Shown here piece after piece: positions 13,263-34,562 of a DNA stretch of 64,000 nt. The first letter of the stretch is position 1, and each line of letters opens with the position of its first letter. The translations under genes were made by a program, and so were the position numbers. The DNA is from Eledone cirrhosa (taxonomy: Eukaryota). The stretch covers positions 15,562,001 through 15,626,000 of the forward strand of contig OZ024741.1 in NCBI GenBank assembly GCA_964016885.1, read 5' to 3'. The notes beneath the pieces were generated by a model. That model was given only the letters and a program-made list of their open reading frames with translations. It was not told the DNA's origin and did no database searches.

Positions 13263-13713
13263 TAAAGAGCACTTTCCCTGACGATAATGATTATTTTATT
13301 AGTTTTTTAAATGGTCCTTACAATAATATATGTCGTCAATCCCTTAAACATGTAAAGTCGAAAAATGTAATCGCGGAACATAGATTTAAGTGTTAGATAA
13401 TAATTTTATTTAAAATCAAAATTATTTATTTTGAACTTTTTAATGCTCCTTACTTTCGTATATGTTGACACTACCATAAGCATGTTAACAGCTATAATTT
13501 TAATCAGGGTACATAGATATACGGGGTAGATATTTAAATGGTGTATATAATAACGGCGTAAAATGTTTAAAGACTATATTGAATTCGTCTGTAATTTAAG
13601 TCGAACCACTTGAGGAAATTCTGGCGATAAATTGTTCCAATTTCCGCTTGTTTGTTTTTTGTTTTTTTTTTGTAGCTTATTAAATCTCAGAATCAAACAT
13701 ATACACATGACCC

Positions 13714-13744
<31 letters not shown>

Positions 13745-13785
13745 CATACATACATACATACATACATACATACATACATACATAC

Positions 13786-14412
13786 ATGATGGCTGCCCCC
13801 TCGTTATCGAGTATAGCCATTGCACGATATACCATTATTAATAATTATTAATTAATTCTATCGTGCAATGCCTGTGCGCAAAGATATTTTTTAAAGTGAG
13901 GAAAGACTGTGCACTGAGCCAATCCCACTCTCTGAGCGACAGTAGCTATAACCCGAAAAGAAGAAAAAATCAACATCATCGGTAACTACTGAGCCGCAGG
14001 TTTTATATCGGAGTTATCCAAGTTTCCTGAGTTGCCTTCTCCTAGAAGAATACCCTGACAAAGGCTAGGGGTCCTTCACTCCCAGTGGTTTAACCGGGCG
14101 ATCGGGTGTCCAGCCCAACTATTTCTATGTCCCCGCGCATATACATACACATGCACCCACGCGCGCACACATATACATATACATACAAATGTACATGTGT
14201 ATATACATATTTACACACTTTTGGATGGTCGTTGAATCTTATGAGTTCTCCCGCCCTTTGTCAAGTTTTGTTTTTCGTCCTGCAGGGTGTCCAAAATCAC
14301 CCTCCTCACCAAGTAAATTTGGTGGGGTTGCCGGTTTAGTCGCCGACGACCCAACCATGCGACAGGTTATACTGGGTTACATGTTACCAGTAGCACTCAA
14401 GAGTGACCCGAC
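13786..14412 (-). mobile_element. RTE-derived non-autonomous element, family B (copies 5219-5775 with internal inversion, 6046-6637)
   Basis: Shares the 5' module with family A but has a different 3' module; (TATG)n tail. Confidence 0.75.
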
Positions 14413-14428
14413 ATCCATACATACATAC

Positions 14429-15038
14429 ATGGTGGCTGCCAACTCGTTTTCGAGTACGGCCACTACTTTATATCCATGTAGGAGAACCCCTACCGATGCA
14501 CTGAACGAGTGTGACTTTTTAGTCCAGCCAGCGACTTGAAAATTCTGGTACAAACACTACACTTGTGACAATTATTGACACATAGTGCTGGGCCCATGGT
14601 ACCATGTAACGACAAGTGCAGAGAGATTTCCAGATATAAAGCAATGCCTGTGCCGTGAAGCTTTTATAGTGAGCAAAGGCACTGCACAAAGCCACTCCCA
14701 CTCTCTTTACCAAGATGATATTTACCAAAAAGAAGAACAAGTCAACATCATTGGATACCATCAGGTTTGCAGGTGTTATATCAGAGTTTTCCTTCTCCTA
14801 GAATTCTGCCTTGACAAACGCTAAGGGGTCATCTCTCCCGGTGATTTTGGATGGCCATTGACTCTTAAGAGCTCCTTTGCCCTTTGACAGGTTTTGTTTT
14901 TAGTCCTGCGGGATGTCCAAAGTCACCCTCCTCACCAAGAAACCTTGGTGGGGTTGCCAGTTTAGTCGCCAACGACCCGACCATGAGACAGGTTGTACTG
15001 GGATACATGTTACCAGTAGCACCAACTGGTGACCTGAC
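14429..15038 (-). mobile_element. Family A copy (full length)
   Basis: Near-identical to the other A copies; (CATA)n flanks. Confidence 0.8.
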
Positions 15039-15171
15039 ATACATACATATATACATACATACCTACATATATACATCCATACATATATACATACATACAT
15101 GCATACATATGCACATATATACATATAAACACATATAAACATACCCGTACCCACCGACATCCAAATATACG

Positions 15172-15212
<41 letters not shown>

Positions 15213-15271
15213 GCACCGCCTGTAACTGCAGTTACACACTTAACACACACACACACACACACACTCACACA

Positions 15272-15328
<57 letters not shown>

Positions 15329-16262
15329 TATTTATATATATATATACAGTAATATATATTTGATAATATACTCTATGTTTAATTAAAAACATTTTGAGGA
15401 CATACATATATATATACCCACACACCGTATATAAACTTATCCGAATATAAGACTACCCCTATTTTATGCCTGAGAAATGGACTAAAATCCTCATTCCCTG
15501 CACAGGCCGAAGCAGTTTATCAACCCAAGTTTAAACGGTGTGGTTTTAAAATTCTCATGAGTAGAGAATATATTTAGAAAGTTTTAATATTTTGATATTT
15601 TAAATGTTTCAGAGTCCTTTAAAGTACAGTATTGGTTTCACAACTCCATTACATAATGATTTTTTTACCATTTCATGCATTTTATTAGGTTTCAACACGT
15701 TTCTCGAATTCGTGCACTGAAAGTACTTTATTTTTAGCATACAACAATAACACTATCTCCGTAATATAACAGATTATATTTATGTGTATATCGAATGAAA
15801 TGCATGCGTTGTATAATTGGAAACCATTTAACGTCATACTAGTATATAAGCGTTAGGTAGATTTTTAAGATTACACCTCTCTCTCTCACCAGCTCGTCCC
15901 TTCATTCAGTTAAGTAAATAAAGGAATAATTTCCGATTGTTTTGAAAGTCATATTCATTCAAAACATAAAAAAATATAGTAAACCAAATTTCACCTCCAA
16001 AGTGAAACCCGTTTAATATTCACATCTAAAGTAGAACGTATGTGCATGCACATGTGTGGGGCGGTGGGAAGCACGTATGCGTGCGTGTATTTGTTGGGAA
16101 TGTTCTCAAGGAAATAAATAAATAACACTTACGACGATGTAATCAATGTAGAAAATGTAGAATTTGAAGTTGATGAAACACGGCAAAATATTGACCTCGA
16201 ATTTCAGTCAACTTGCATTTTACCATCGATGTTTTGCCACATATTTCTCCACTAATATTCGA

Positions 16263-16318
<56 letters not shown>

Positions 16319-16552
16319 TTGTGTGTGTGTGGGTGTGTGTGTGTGTGTGTGTTTGTGTGGGGGGGGGGGGTCTGTGTGTGTGTGTGTGCGTGTGTGCATG
16401 TGTACAGCGAACAACACAATATTTCGTAAGAATAAGTACTTATACATACAGGCACTTACTGACTTACGAATAGGTTCTGTAAGTCGATATGAACGTATTT
16501 ACTACTACTACTACTACTACTACTACTCTACTACTGCTGCTACTACTACTAT

Positions 16553-16610
<58 letters not shown>

Positions 16611-16835
16611 GCTGCTGTTACTACTACTACTACACACAAACATCACCACTTCCAAAACAACTACCACTATAACCATCATTACCACCACCATCATCAGCAC
16701 TACCAGCAGAAATATCATCATCATCATCAGCAGCAGTAGCACCACAGTCAACAGTATTGATGATTATTAATACAGTGAAAGCAATCAAAAAACTATTAAA
16801 AGATAAGTTTAATTACAGCCAAAACCTGCGAGTAT

Positions 16836-16895
<60 letters not shown>

Positions 16896-16900
16896 ATATA

Positions 16901-16964
<64 letters not shown>

Positions 16965-17553
16965 CATATATATATATACATACATATATACATATACACA
17001 CATTACACACTTACACACACACATATATATATATATATTTAAATATATTTTTATATATATCCAGCCCCTCGGCTGTAACGCAAATAAATAAATAAATATA
17101 TATATTATATATATATATTTATATATATAAATATATATGTGTGTGTGTATTTAAATATACTTATATATATCCAGCCCCTCACTGGAACATAAATAAATAT
17201 ATATATATGCGTGTATATATATATATAACGAAGGAAATGTGGTAAGGAACCAGATGGACCATAACACACCAAAGTACTCAATACTTAGGGTAGTAGACTG
17301 CGTAATAGAAACAAGTATGACGCCGACGGCAGAGCTCAAGCCGTTTCGACGGCTAATTCTGGAGTCCAGAATTAGCCGTCGAAACGGCTTGAGCTCTGCC
17401 GTCGGGGTCATATTTGTTCCTATATATATATACGTGTGTATATATATATATAAGCAATGTTTGTGTGTGTGTGTGTATATATATTTAAATATACTTATAT
17501 ATATCCAGCCCCTCGGCTGGAACGTAAATAAATAAATATATATATATCTCTGC

Positions 17554-17594
<41 letters not shown>

Positions 17595-18229
17595 CAATGT
17601 GTGTGTGTGTGGGTGGGGGGTGTAGCAGTGTAATCAGGATTCCTAAAGACGATAAAGATCTCATATTCATCAGTTTTCTGATCTCTAATTGCCACTTCTC
17701 GTATAACAAGATTCATTTCAAGGAGTTCCACTATAAGCAATCCTGAGGCTGTTCAGTGCAATGTACGTTTGTATGTTTGTGTGTGTGTGTGTGTGTGTGT
17801 GTGGCAACTCCACCATTCGAACTCAGAACACTACTTTCAACTCTTCTAATATTTTCGTGGACCTAAATTCCTGACCCTGGCAGTTAAGAAGAAAGAAAAT
17901 TCAGATTTCTTTCATTTTCCATAAATCTGACAGATTTCTCAAATCTTTGTTTCAACTTTATAAATTAAAACGTTGACCTAAATAAATTTCTCTGTAATAA
18001 TATTACCGGTGAAGGTTGGGATCTTGAACATGGGCCTGGTCCACCGGTTTTCAAGGAATAGAATTCTGTTATAACTTCATAGTATAAAGTGTTGTGATAA
18101 TCAAATGTTGCTGTTCGTAATATTATTTATCTAAACTATAATAAAGTAAGGAGTGCGGGACTGCGTCCAGAATATATTTTTTTTATCCCGTTTGTAAAAT
18201 AAGTTGGATTACTTTGAATAAATAATTCT

Positions 18230-18403
18230 TTCTACTTTTGGCACAAGGCCAGCAATTATCCCAGTGTATTACTGGTACTTTATTTTATCGACCCCGTAAG
18301 GATGGAAGGCAACGTTAACCTCGCTGGGATTTGAACTCAGACCATAAAGGGCCGTAATTCTTTGCTGCAAAGCATGGCGTCCGACCCGCTACCGTACTGC
18401 CAA
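18230..18403 (-). mobile_element. tRNA-derived SINE (other copies 28342-28490 +, 28510-28682 -, 58081-58253 -, 11995-12088)
   Basis: A box TGGCAGTACGG, B box GAGTTCAAATC, followed by a core GCCTTCCATCCTTACGGGGTCGATAAAATAAAGTACC recalled as Meta/MESC-like. Confidence 0.78.
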
Positions 18404-18983
18404 TAATGAATGAATATTACATAATTTATCTACTAAATTTCGTAACTCTTGATTAAATATATTGTATTGCTTATTTTAAGATTCACTTCTTTAAAATTTT
18501 CAAATGTCAACACTTCCGGTTAGTGATCGCTTAAATAAACATTCATATATTTCCGTCACTAATTTTCTCCTAATGCCGTTAATATATAATATCGTCTTTT
18601 TTTAATGTATCATGGATTACGTTACTGATTACATAAGACAGTGTACCACAGTCTTCGTTCAATTTCTGTGGATATTGTCAATTACAATTTCATTTGATGT
18701 ATCATATCTACATGCATATATACTTGCGTATAATATTAATATACACACTAGACATGCTAGCAGAACACCACCCGAAGGGTGCTTTTTCTGCTAGTATGTA
18801 TAATGATTTCTACTATAACCAAGCTTTACATTCCACTTATAATGTCGAAAGAAATTTATTCTCCTTGTTATATATATAGTAAATTAAAAAACGTCTGGGT
18901 TTTTTCAGTCCTTTCCATCAGTACTACCACCACTACCACTACTACCACTACAAGTACCACCACCACCACTACTACTACTACTG

Positions 18984-19044
<61 letters not shown>

Positions 19045-19115
19045 CATTACTACCACCACCACCACCACTACTACTACAACAACAACAACAACTACTAACA
19101 ACTACTACTACTACA

Positions 19116-19147
<32 letters not shown>

Positions 19148-19212
19148 AACTACTACCACCACTACCACTACTACCACTACAAGTACCATCACCACCACTA
19201 CTACTACTACTG

Positions 19213-19243
<31 letters not shown>

Positions 19244-20571
19244 ATCCTGACAATACTGTTAACTAATACAGTGGTACATAGTGAATAGAATGATATCATG
19301 TGATATGGTGGCTTGATATTGTAGTTATATTAATCTATAAGTGTAGAAGGATATGGCATTGTCCAGAAAGTTGACTGATATCAAAGCATTTATTGGAGGA
19401 TATAAGATAGCAAAACTATGTTTTCCAATATCAACTCGGATATATTAAATATTTCAGCTTAATACCATGTTACGTTTAGATATGTATGTGTGGATATGTG
19501 TGGGTATGTGTGTTTGTATGTGTGTGTGTGTATGTGTGTATCTATGTTTGTGTGTGTGTATGTGTGTATGTGTATGTTTGTGTGTTTGTATTGTTTGTGT
19601 GTGGTGTGTGTATGTATGTGTGTATGTATGTTTGTGTGTATGTATGTATGTTTGTATGTGTGTGTGTATACATGTATCTATGTGTGTATGTTTGTGTGTG
19701 TGCATATGTGTATGTATGTGTGCATGTATGTGTGAATGTATGTGTATGTATGTATATGTGTGTATGTATGTGTCTATGTATGTGTGTATGTTTGTGTGTG
19801 TGTGTGTGTATGTATGTTTGTGTGTGTGTATGTATGTGTGTATGTGTGTATATATGTATTTCTCTGTGTGCAGTTAGGTCTACATACATGTGCACACACG
19901 TATTCATATATATATATATACTTACACACATAAGCTTATATATATATATATATAACTATATATATATATATATGTGTGTGTATGTGTATGCATGTGTGTG
20001 CGCACACATACTGTCACACATATACTTACATATACAAGCTTATGTATTTAAAGAAATAGTTTAATATATATATAAATGTATCACTCTATAAGGCTCAGTG
20101 TGTGGTCATGCTCCTTTCTTATAGAAATCTACGATATAGAATTTCTTCAATTGAAATTTACAATTCAGTATTCGAAATAGCTTCGATTGCGTCTTGGCAC
20201 AGATAATTTTTTCAATTTCACTCACAATTACGCAAAAAATAGATAAAACTCAATATTTTACGATTTTTCTCTGTCATTTAAACTGCTAAACTCTTTCCAC
20301 TACCATTCAAAATCTATACAACTTCATACTTTCTGCTACTTTCTCTTTCCAAGCTTGATGGTGATACTGTCCGTTTTACTCTCTCATATCATCTGCTTAC
20401 CCCTAACTACAACCCACACATTTTGCTACTTTCTCTTTTATACAGATACATTTATTCGACAACAAGCGATAAATTTTTTTTAAAACCTCTTTTCTAAACT
20501 CATACAAACACACACTCACTTCAACAACAACAACAACAATCTGCCTTTTATAGATAATGATAAACAATAAT

Positions 20572-20848
20572 ATCCTCTATAAGGTCACTAAACCTGCTAG
20601 AAACAACAGCTAACTCTCCCCTATTCACACCCCTCCCTAATGTCTTAAATTCAGAAAACATATCTTCTATGAGGTCACTAAACCTGCTAGAAACAGCAGC
20701 TAACTCTCCCCCATATCACACCACTCCCTACTGTCTTAAATTTAGAAAACACATATCCTCTATGAGGTCACTAAACCTGCTAGAAACAACAGCTAACTCT
20801 CCCTCATATCACAACCCTCCCTCCTGTCTTAAATTTAGAAAACACACA
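20572..20848 (+). repeat. 3 tandem ~92-bp units
   Basis: Repeated GGTCACTAAACCTGCTAGAAACAACAGCTAACTCTCCC; related to 57555-57620. Confidence 0.85.
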
Positions 20849-21132
20849 GACAACCATGCAGAACAACTCCATCGCAGCTCTGTTGTTCGGCTGGCATCGT
20901 CTACGCGCGTGTTGCGCAAGTACTGTGAAACAATAAATTTCAACACTTTTTTGCACAGAGATAATATCCATAGGCGAAACTACAATTGTCACTGCTGGCG
21001 CAGCTCCTGCTTCCAGGTCTGCAATTCATTCACCCAGTGCATGGAAGACAAAAAAGTGCTGCCATAAAATGGGTGGTGCAACCTAACTTTGGTAACTTAA
21101 TGACCCCGAGCAACGCCGGGCTTTAATGCTAG

Positions 21133-28320
<7,188 letters not shown>

Positions 28321-28692
28321 TGTATATTTTATTGTTTATTAGTATCGGTAGAGGGTCGGACGCCATGCTTTCCAGCATAGTTACGTCCCTTTACGGTCTG
28401 AGTTCAAATCCCGTCGAGGTTAACTTTGCCTTTCACTACCCATGTACTGGGTAATTGCTGGCCTTGTGCCAACAGTAGAAACAATTATTATCTTTTTGTA
28501 ATAATTGTTTCTACTTTTGGCACAAGGCCAGCAATTACCAGTGTATTACTGGTACTTTATTTTATCGACCCCGTAAGGATGAAAGGCAGAGTCAACCTCG
28601 GTGGGATTTGAACTCAGATCATAAAGGGACGTAACTCTATGCTTCAAAGCATGGCGTCCGGCACTCTACCTATACTGCCAATCCGTGAGTTT

Positions 28693-31000
28693 GTGTAATA
28701 GAGAGGAAAATAGAGGGAGAAGTGGTGAGAGTGGCTGACGTAGAGAGAGAGAGATTAAGAGAGAGAGAGACAGAGATGTAATAGAGAGGAAAATAGAGGG
28801 AGAGGTGGTGAGAGTGACTGACATAGAGAGGGAGAGATTAAGAGAGAGACATAGATGTAATAGAGAGGAAAATAGAAGGAGAAGTGGTGAGAGTGACTGA
28901 CGTAGAGAGGGAGAGATTAAGAGAGAGACATAGATGTAATAGAGAGGAAAATAGAAGGAGAAGTGGTGAGAGTGACTGACGTAGAGAGGGAGAGATTAAG
29001 AGAGAGACAGAGATGTAATAGAGAGGAAAATAGAGGGAGAAGTGGTGAGAGTGGCTGACGTAGAGAGAGAGAGATTAAGAGAGAGTCAGAGATGTAATAG
29101 AGAGGAAAATAGAGGGAGAAGTGGTGAGAGTGGCTGACGTAGAGAGAGAGAGATTAAGAGAGAGAGACAGAGATGTGATAGAGAGGAAAATAGAGGGAGA
29201 AGTGGTGAGAGTGGCTGACGTAGAGAGAGAGAGATTAAGAGAGAGAGACAGAGATGTGATAGAGAGGAAAATAGAGGGAGAAGTGGTGAGAGTGGCTGAC
29301 GTAGAGAGAGAGAGATTAAGAGAGAGACAGAGATGTGATAGAGAGGAAAATAGAGGGAGAAGTGGTGAGAGTGGCTGACGTAGAGAGAGAGAGATTAAGA
29401 GAGAGACAGAGATGTGATAGAGAGGAAAATAGAGGGAGAAGTGGTGAGAGTGGCTGACGTAGAGAGAGAGAGATTAAGAGAGAGAGACAGAGATGTGATA
29501 GAGAGGAAAATAGAGGGAGAAGTGGTGAGAGTGGCTGACGTAGAGAGAGAGAGATTAAGAGAGAGAGACAGAGATGTGATAGAGAGGAAAATAGAGGGAG
29601 AAGTGGTGAGAGTGGCTGACGTAGAGAGAGAGAGATTAAGAGAGAGACAGAGATGTAATAGAGAGGAAAATAGAGGGAGGGGTGGTGAGAGTGGCTGACG
29701 TAGAGAGGGAGAGATTAAGAGAGAGAGACAGAGATGTAATAGAGAGGAAAATAGAGGGAGAGGTGGTGAGAGTGACTGACATAGAGAGGGAGAGATTAAG
29801 AGAGAGACATAGATGTAATAGAGAGGAAAATAGAAGGAGAAGTGGTGAGAGTGACTGACGTAGAGAGGGAGAGATTAAGAGAGAGACATAGATGTAATAG
29901 AGAGGAAAATAGAAGAAGTGGTGAGAGTGACTGACGTAGAGAGGGAGAGATTAAGAGAGAGACAGAGATGTAATAGAGAGGAAAATAGAGGGAGAAGTGG
30001 TGAGAGTGGCTGACGTAGAGAGGGAGAGATTAAGAGAGAGACAGAGATGTAATAGAGAGGAAAATAGAGGGAGAAGTGGTGAGAGTGGCTGACGTAGAGA
30101 GGGAGAGATTAAGAGAGAGACAGAGATGTAATAGAGAGGAAAATAGAAGGAGAAGTGGTGAGAGTGGCTGACGTAGAGAGGGAGAGATTAAGAGAGAGAC
30201 AGAGATGTAATAGAGAGGGAAATAGAGGGAGAAGTGGTGAGAGTGGCTGACGTAGAGAGGGAGAGATTAAGAGAGAGAGACAGAGATGTAATAGAGAGGA
30301 AAATAGAGGGAGAAGTGGTGAGAGTGGCTGACGTAGGGAGGGAGAGATTAAGAGAGAGAGACAGAGATGTAATAGAGAGGAAAATAGAGGGAGAAGTGGT
30401 GAGAGTGGCTGACGTAGAGAGGGAGAGATTAAGAGAGAGAGACAGAGATGGTATAGAGAGGAAAATAGAGGGAGAAGTGGTGAGAGTGGCTGACGTAGAG
30501 AGGGAGAGATTAAGAGAGAGAGACAGAGATGTAATAGAGAGGAAAATAGAGGGAGAAGTGGTGAGAGTGGCTGACGTAGAGAGGCAGAGATTAAGAGAGA
30601 CAGAGATGTAATAGAAAGGAAAATAGAGGGAGAAGTGGTGAGAGTGGCTGACGTAGAGAGGGAGAGATTAAGAGAGAGACAGAGATGTAATAGAGAGGAA
30701 GATAGAGGGAGAAATGGTGAGAGTGGCTGACGTAGAAGAGAGAGAGATTAAGAGAGAGAGCCAGAGACGTAATAGAGAGGAAAATAGAAGGAGAAGTGGT
30801 GAGAGTGGCTGACGTAGAGAGGGAGAGATTAAGAAAGAGACAGAGATGTAATAGAGAGGAAGATAGAGGGAGAAATGGTGAGAGTGGCTGACGTAGAAGA
30901 GAGAGAGAGATTAAGAGAGAGAGAGACAGAGACGTAATAGAGAGGAAAATAGAGGGAGAAGTGGTGAGAGTGGCTGACGTAGAAGTGAGAGAGACAGATG
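28693..31000 (+). repeat. Purine-rich tandem satellite, ~79-83 bp unit, ~28-29 copies
   Basis: Unit GTAATAGAGAGGAAAATAGAGGGAGAAGTGGTGAGAGTGGCTGACGTA(GA)nTTAA(GA)nCAGAGAT. Confidence 0.95.
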
Positions 31001-31355
31001 TCATTTTGAATGTTAATACTTTTGAATAAATCTAACTTTAATATAAAAACGTATTGAGGACAGCCATATTTTTTATATATGCAGAATCTGGCCAATAATA
31101 TTTTGAGTATACATTCATGAATAAATATATGAATATACATACACACATTTATATATAGAATGTATGTGTTGTGTATATATATATATATATATTATATAAT
31201 ATATATATACATATATATATATATATGTGTAGGAGGTGAGTTTTATTGTAGTACAATAAAGCAATGCAGATATCGGATAAGAAGCACTCTACAGTTTGTA
31301 GGACTGGAGTATACATAATATATAAGATCAAAAGATGGTTAAATGAGTTCCATGT

Positions 31356-31424
31356 ATTTTATTATGCGCATTTCAAAAACAAATATCATCATGCAATAAC
31401 ATTTGTGTTTTCATCAGATAAAAT
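31356..31424 (-). ncRNA. Type I minimal hammerhead ribozyme
   Basis: ATTTTAT-CTGATGA-long stem II-GAAA-T(GCGC)A-TA-ATAAAAT. Confidence 0.75.
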
Positions 31425-31965
31425 GGGAAGACATGATATGAAGGTTAAAAACACTTGTGGATAGTGCAGTTTTAAATCAACATATGAAAAGTAGTTTTAG
31501 ATTGATGTGTGATATTGGGGGAAAAAATTTTTTTGAGGGGGGTTGGTTGGAAAGGATGAAAAAGAGGAGGAGAGGAGAGTAAAAAGTGGAGGGGGAGGAG
31601 TAAATGAGGAAGGATGAGATAGGAGGAGAGATGGGTAATAGAGAGAGAGAGATAGCTTTTATAACTGAGAAAAATATATTGTTTTTCAACCTCTCTATGT
31701 AAAACAATATATTTTTCTCAGTTATAAAAGCTATCTCTCTCTCTCTCTATCACCCATCTCTCCTCCTATCTCATCCTTCCTCATTATACTCCCCCCCCCT
31801 CCACTTTTTACTCTCCTCTCCTCCTCTTTTTCATCCTTTCCAACCTCCCCCCCTCAAAAAAATGTTTTTCCCCAATATCACACATCAATCTAAAACTACT
31901 TTTCATATGTTGATTTAAAACTGCACTATCCACAAGTGTTTTTAACCTTCATATCATGTCTTCCC

Positions 31966-32034
31966 ATTTTATCTGATGAAAACACAAATGTTATTGCATG
32001 ATGATATTTGTTTTTGAAATACGCATAATAAAAT
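31966..32034 (+). ncRNA. Type I minimal hammerhead ribozyme (inverted twin of 31356-31424)
   Basis: Same motif; loop III is ACGC, a one-base change. Confidence 0.72.
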
Positions 32035-32063
32035 ACATGGAACTCATTTAACCATCTTTTGAT

Positions 32064-32140
<77 letters not shown>

Positions 32141-32300
32141 CGAAGGAAATGTGGTAAGGAACCAGGTGGACCATAACGCACCAAAGTACTCAATACTTAG
32201 GGTAGTAGAGTGGGTAATAGGAACGAGTAGTACCCCGACGGCTAATTCTGGAATTAGCCGTCGAAACGGCTTGAGCTCAGCCGTCGGGGTCCTACTCGTT

Positions 32301-32486
<186 letters not shown>

Positions 32487-33312
32487 AGTGTGTGTGTGTG
32501 TGTGCAAATAAATGAATGCATATATATATTTATTTACATATAGTTATATATATACATATACATATATATAAGGAAAGAGACAGAGAGTGACAGGCGCAAA
32601 CAGCGATGGAGATAGCTCCGAGTGAGTTTTGGGGGTATTGTATATTCAGTAAGCCATGTACTATACTGGTGTTAGTGCTAATTTCCACGATTTGAGCAGA
32701 TATAACTTTAAGTATGGGCATGTACCGAATTATTCTACTATGGTGTTTAAATAGTTATTGGAATTTTGCAATTTTATCAGACGTATACATATGGTATTTC
32801 TCTACCCATTTGGTATATGGCCGGCATCTGGCTGGGACTTTTTATTTGATGTTGTAGTCTGCGTTGAGCCTCTTCAATTTCCATATGTTATTGATCACCA
32901 TAGTTTTAGTTCACTCATCATTGTATTTGAAGAGTGTCATATATTTGTAATAGAATTGTTTCAATCTAAGTAATACTTCAATTTATTTTGTTGGAGTTGC
33001 TGTCGATTCTACCTATATCAGTTTCTCACTTCCATTCTCTCACCCTCTCTATCCTGTGTTTAGACCTGGAGAAGACTGGGCTCCGCCAGGTTTGTAAATG
33101 CCCTAGAAACGCCGTATATCAATACAGCACACCTACAACTCCCTCAAGAGTTATGGAGTCATGCATGCTCTAGCTGAGGTCACTTCTGTTTCGTACACAA
33201 TTGACTCGACATTGCATGTCAGGTTAACCTGGAGATATTTCAGCCTTTCTACATAAACATGTCTTCTTCTTCTTCTTCTTCTTCTTCTTCTTCTTCTTCT
33301 TCTTCTTCTTCT

Positions 33313-33398
<86 letters not shown>

Positions 33399-33469
33399 TT
33401 CTTCTTCTTCTTCTTCTTCTTCTTCTTCTTCTTCTTTTTCTTCTTCTTCTTCTTCTTCTTCTTCTTCTT

Positions 33470-33700
33470 CACCCACTTATTCCTGATAGGGTCGTGGGGA
33501 CAGAGTCCTCAAACACCCCTTCCAGTGGGTCCTGTCAGAAGCAGCCGTCTCCAACTGACCCGGCTGGATCCCCACGCGAGACCAGCCAATCTCATGGATG
33601 TTATCCAACCATCTTGCTCGGGTCTACCCCTGGGTCTTCTGCCGGTTGGTTTTGCCCCTAAAATCCACCGACTCTTTCCTGTGATATTCTAACCCATGCC
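33470..33700 (-). mobile_element. RTE LINE 3' end with (GAA)/(GAC)n tail
   Basis: GRRPRGRP/RWLDNI...DRTHWKGCL across a frameshift. Confidence 0.7.
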
Positions 33701-34051
33701 CATAATATCGGAGCTGTGATCTCTCAAAAAACATTTGCCTAGTTTATTTGTGATAAAAGCCTTCATATTAGTGGTATGATTGCAGCTAATCTTGACATAG
33801 TTTCTTTCAAAAATCCAAACTATTCGATTATAGAGGTTTGTAGCCTACTTGACTGATACGTATCTGATTGGTGATCGAAGATGAGAAGCGGTGTCAATGT
33901 ATAAGTGAGAAAAACAGAGTGATATGAGTAACTGAATAGTGAGAGAATGATGAATGACTGTGTTGAAGAACTGAGAGATGGAGAGATGGATAGGTAGATA
34001 GATAGAGGGAGGGAGAGATAGATAGATACAGACATAAATACATCAAGAGAC

Positions 34052-34091
<40 letters not shown>

Positions 34092-34263
34092 GTGGGGAGA
34101 AAGACTGATAGATATAAACATACATCAATAAAGAAAAAATATAGATATATAGAGAGAGAGGGTAGAGAGGGAGAGAGAGGAGACAGAGAGAGAGAAGAAG
34201 AGATACATAGATACAGACATAAATACATCAACAGATATATAGGTAGATTGAGAGAGAGCAGTG

Positions 34264-34350
<87 letters not shown>

Positions 34351-34562
34351 TTCTTTATTTACCATAAAGGCATAAAAAGAAGGGACAAATACAAAGGGGG
34401 AGTTTACATATAATCGAGTAAAAAGGGTGTAACATGAAAATAATCGAAAATAACCAAAAGGGAGGGGACGTGATGGGGGTTTCACACACCCCCGAAAAAG
34501 TGTGCAATCCTTTGCCCGGGGAGCACATGGAGAAGGTGCTCCCCTCTCCTTTACTTCTTTAC

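Larger units (their letters stand above)
31231..32068. mobile_element. Fold-back non-coding PLE pLTR element (~750 bp hairpin)
   Basis: 31320-31686 is inverted at 31702-32068; ~90 nt of extra unique sequence lies left of the left arm; (TA)n flanks. Confidence 0.8.

Noticed and set aside
18330-18403. tRNA gene
   Set aside because: A and B boxes are present but there is no cloverleaf, and it continues into a multicopy SINE core.
28693-31000. CRISPR-like regular array and ERKIEGEVVRVAD repeat ORFs
   Set aside because: No unique spacers and no cas genes; unit length varies by dinucleotides, which breaks the frame. It is a satellite.
33224-33486. Poly-E/D, poly-K/T and poly-S ORFs
   Set aside because: (GAA)n(GAC)n tail next to an RTE 3' end.
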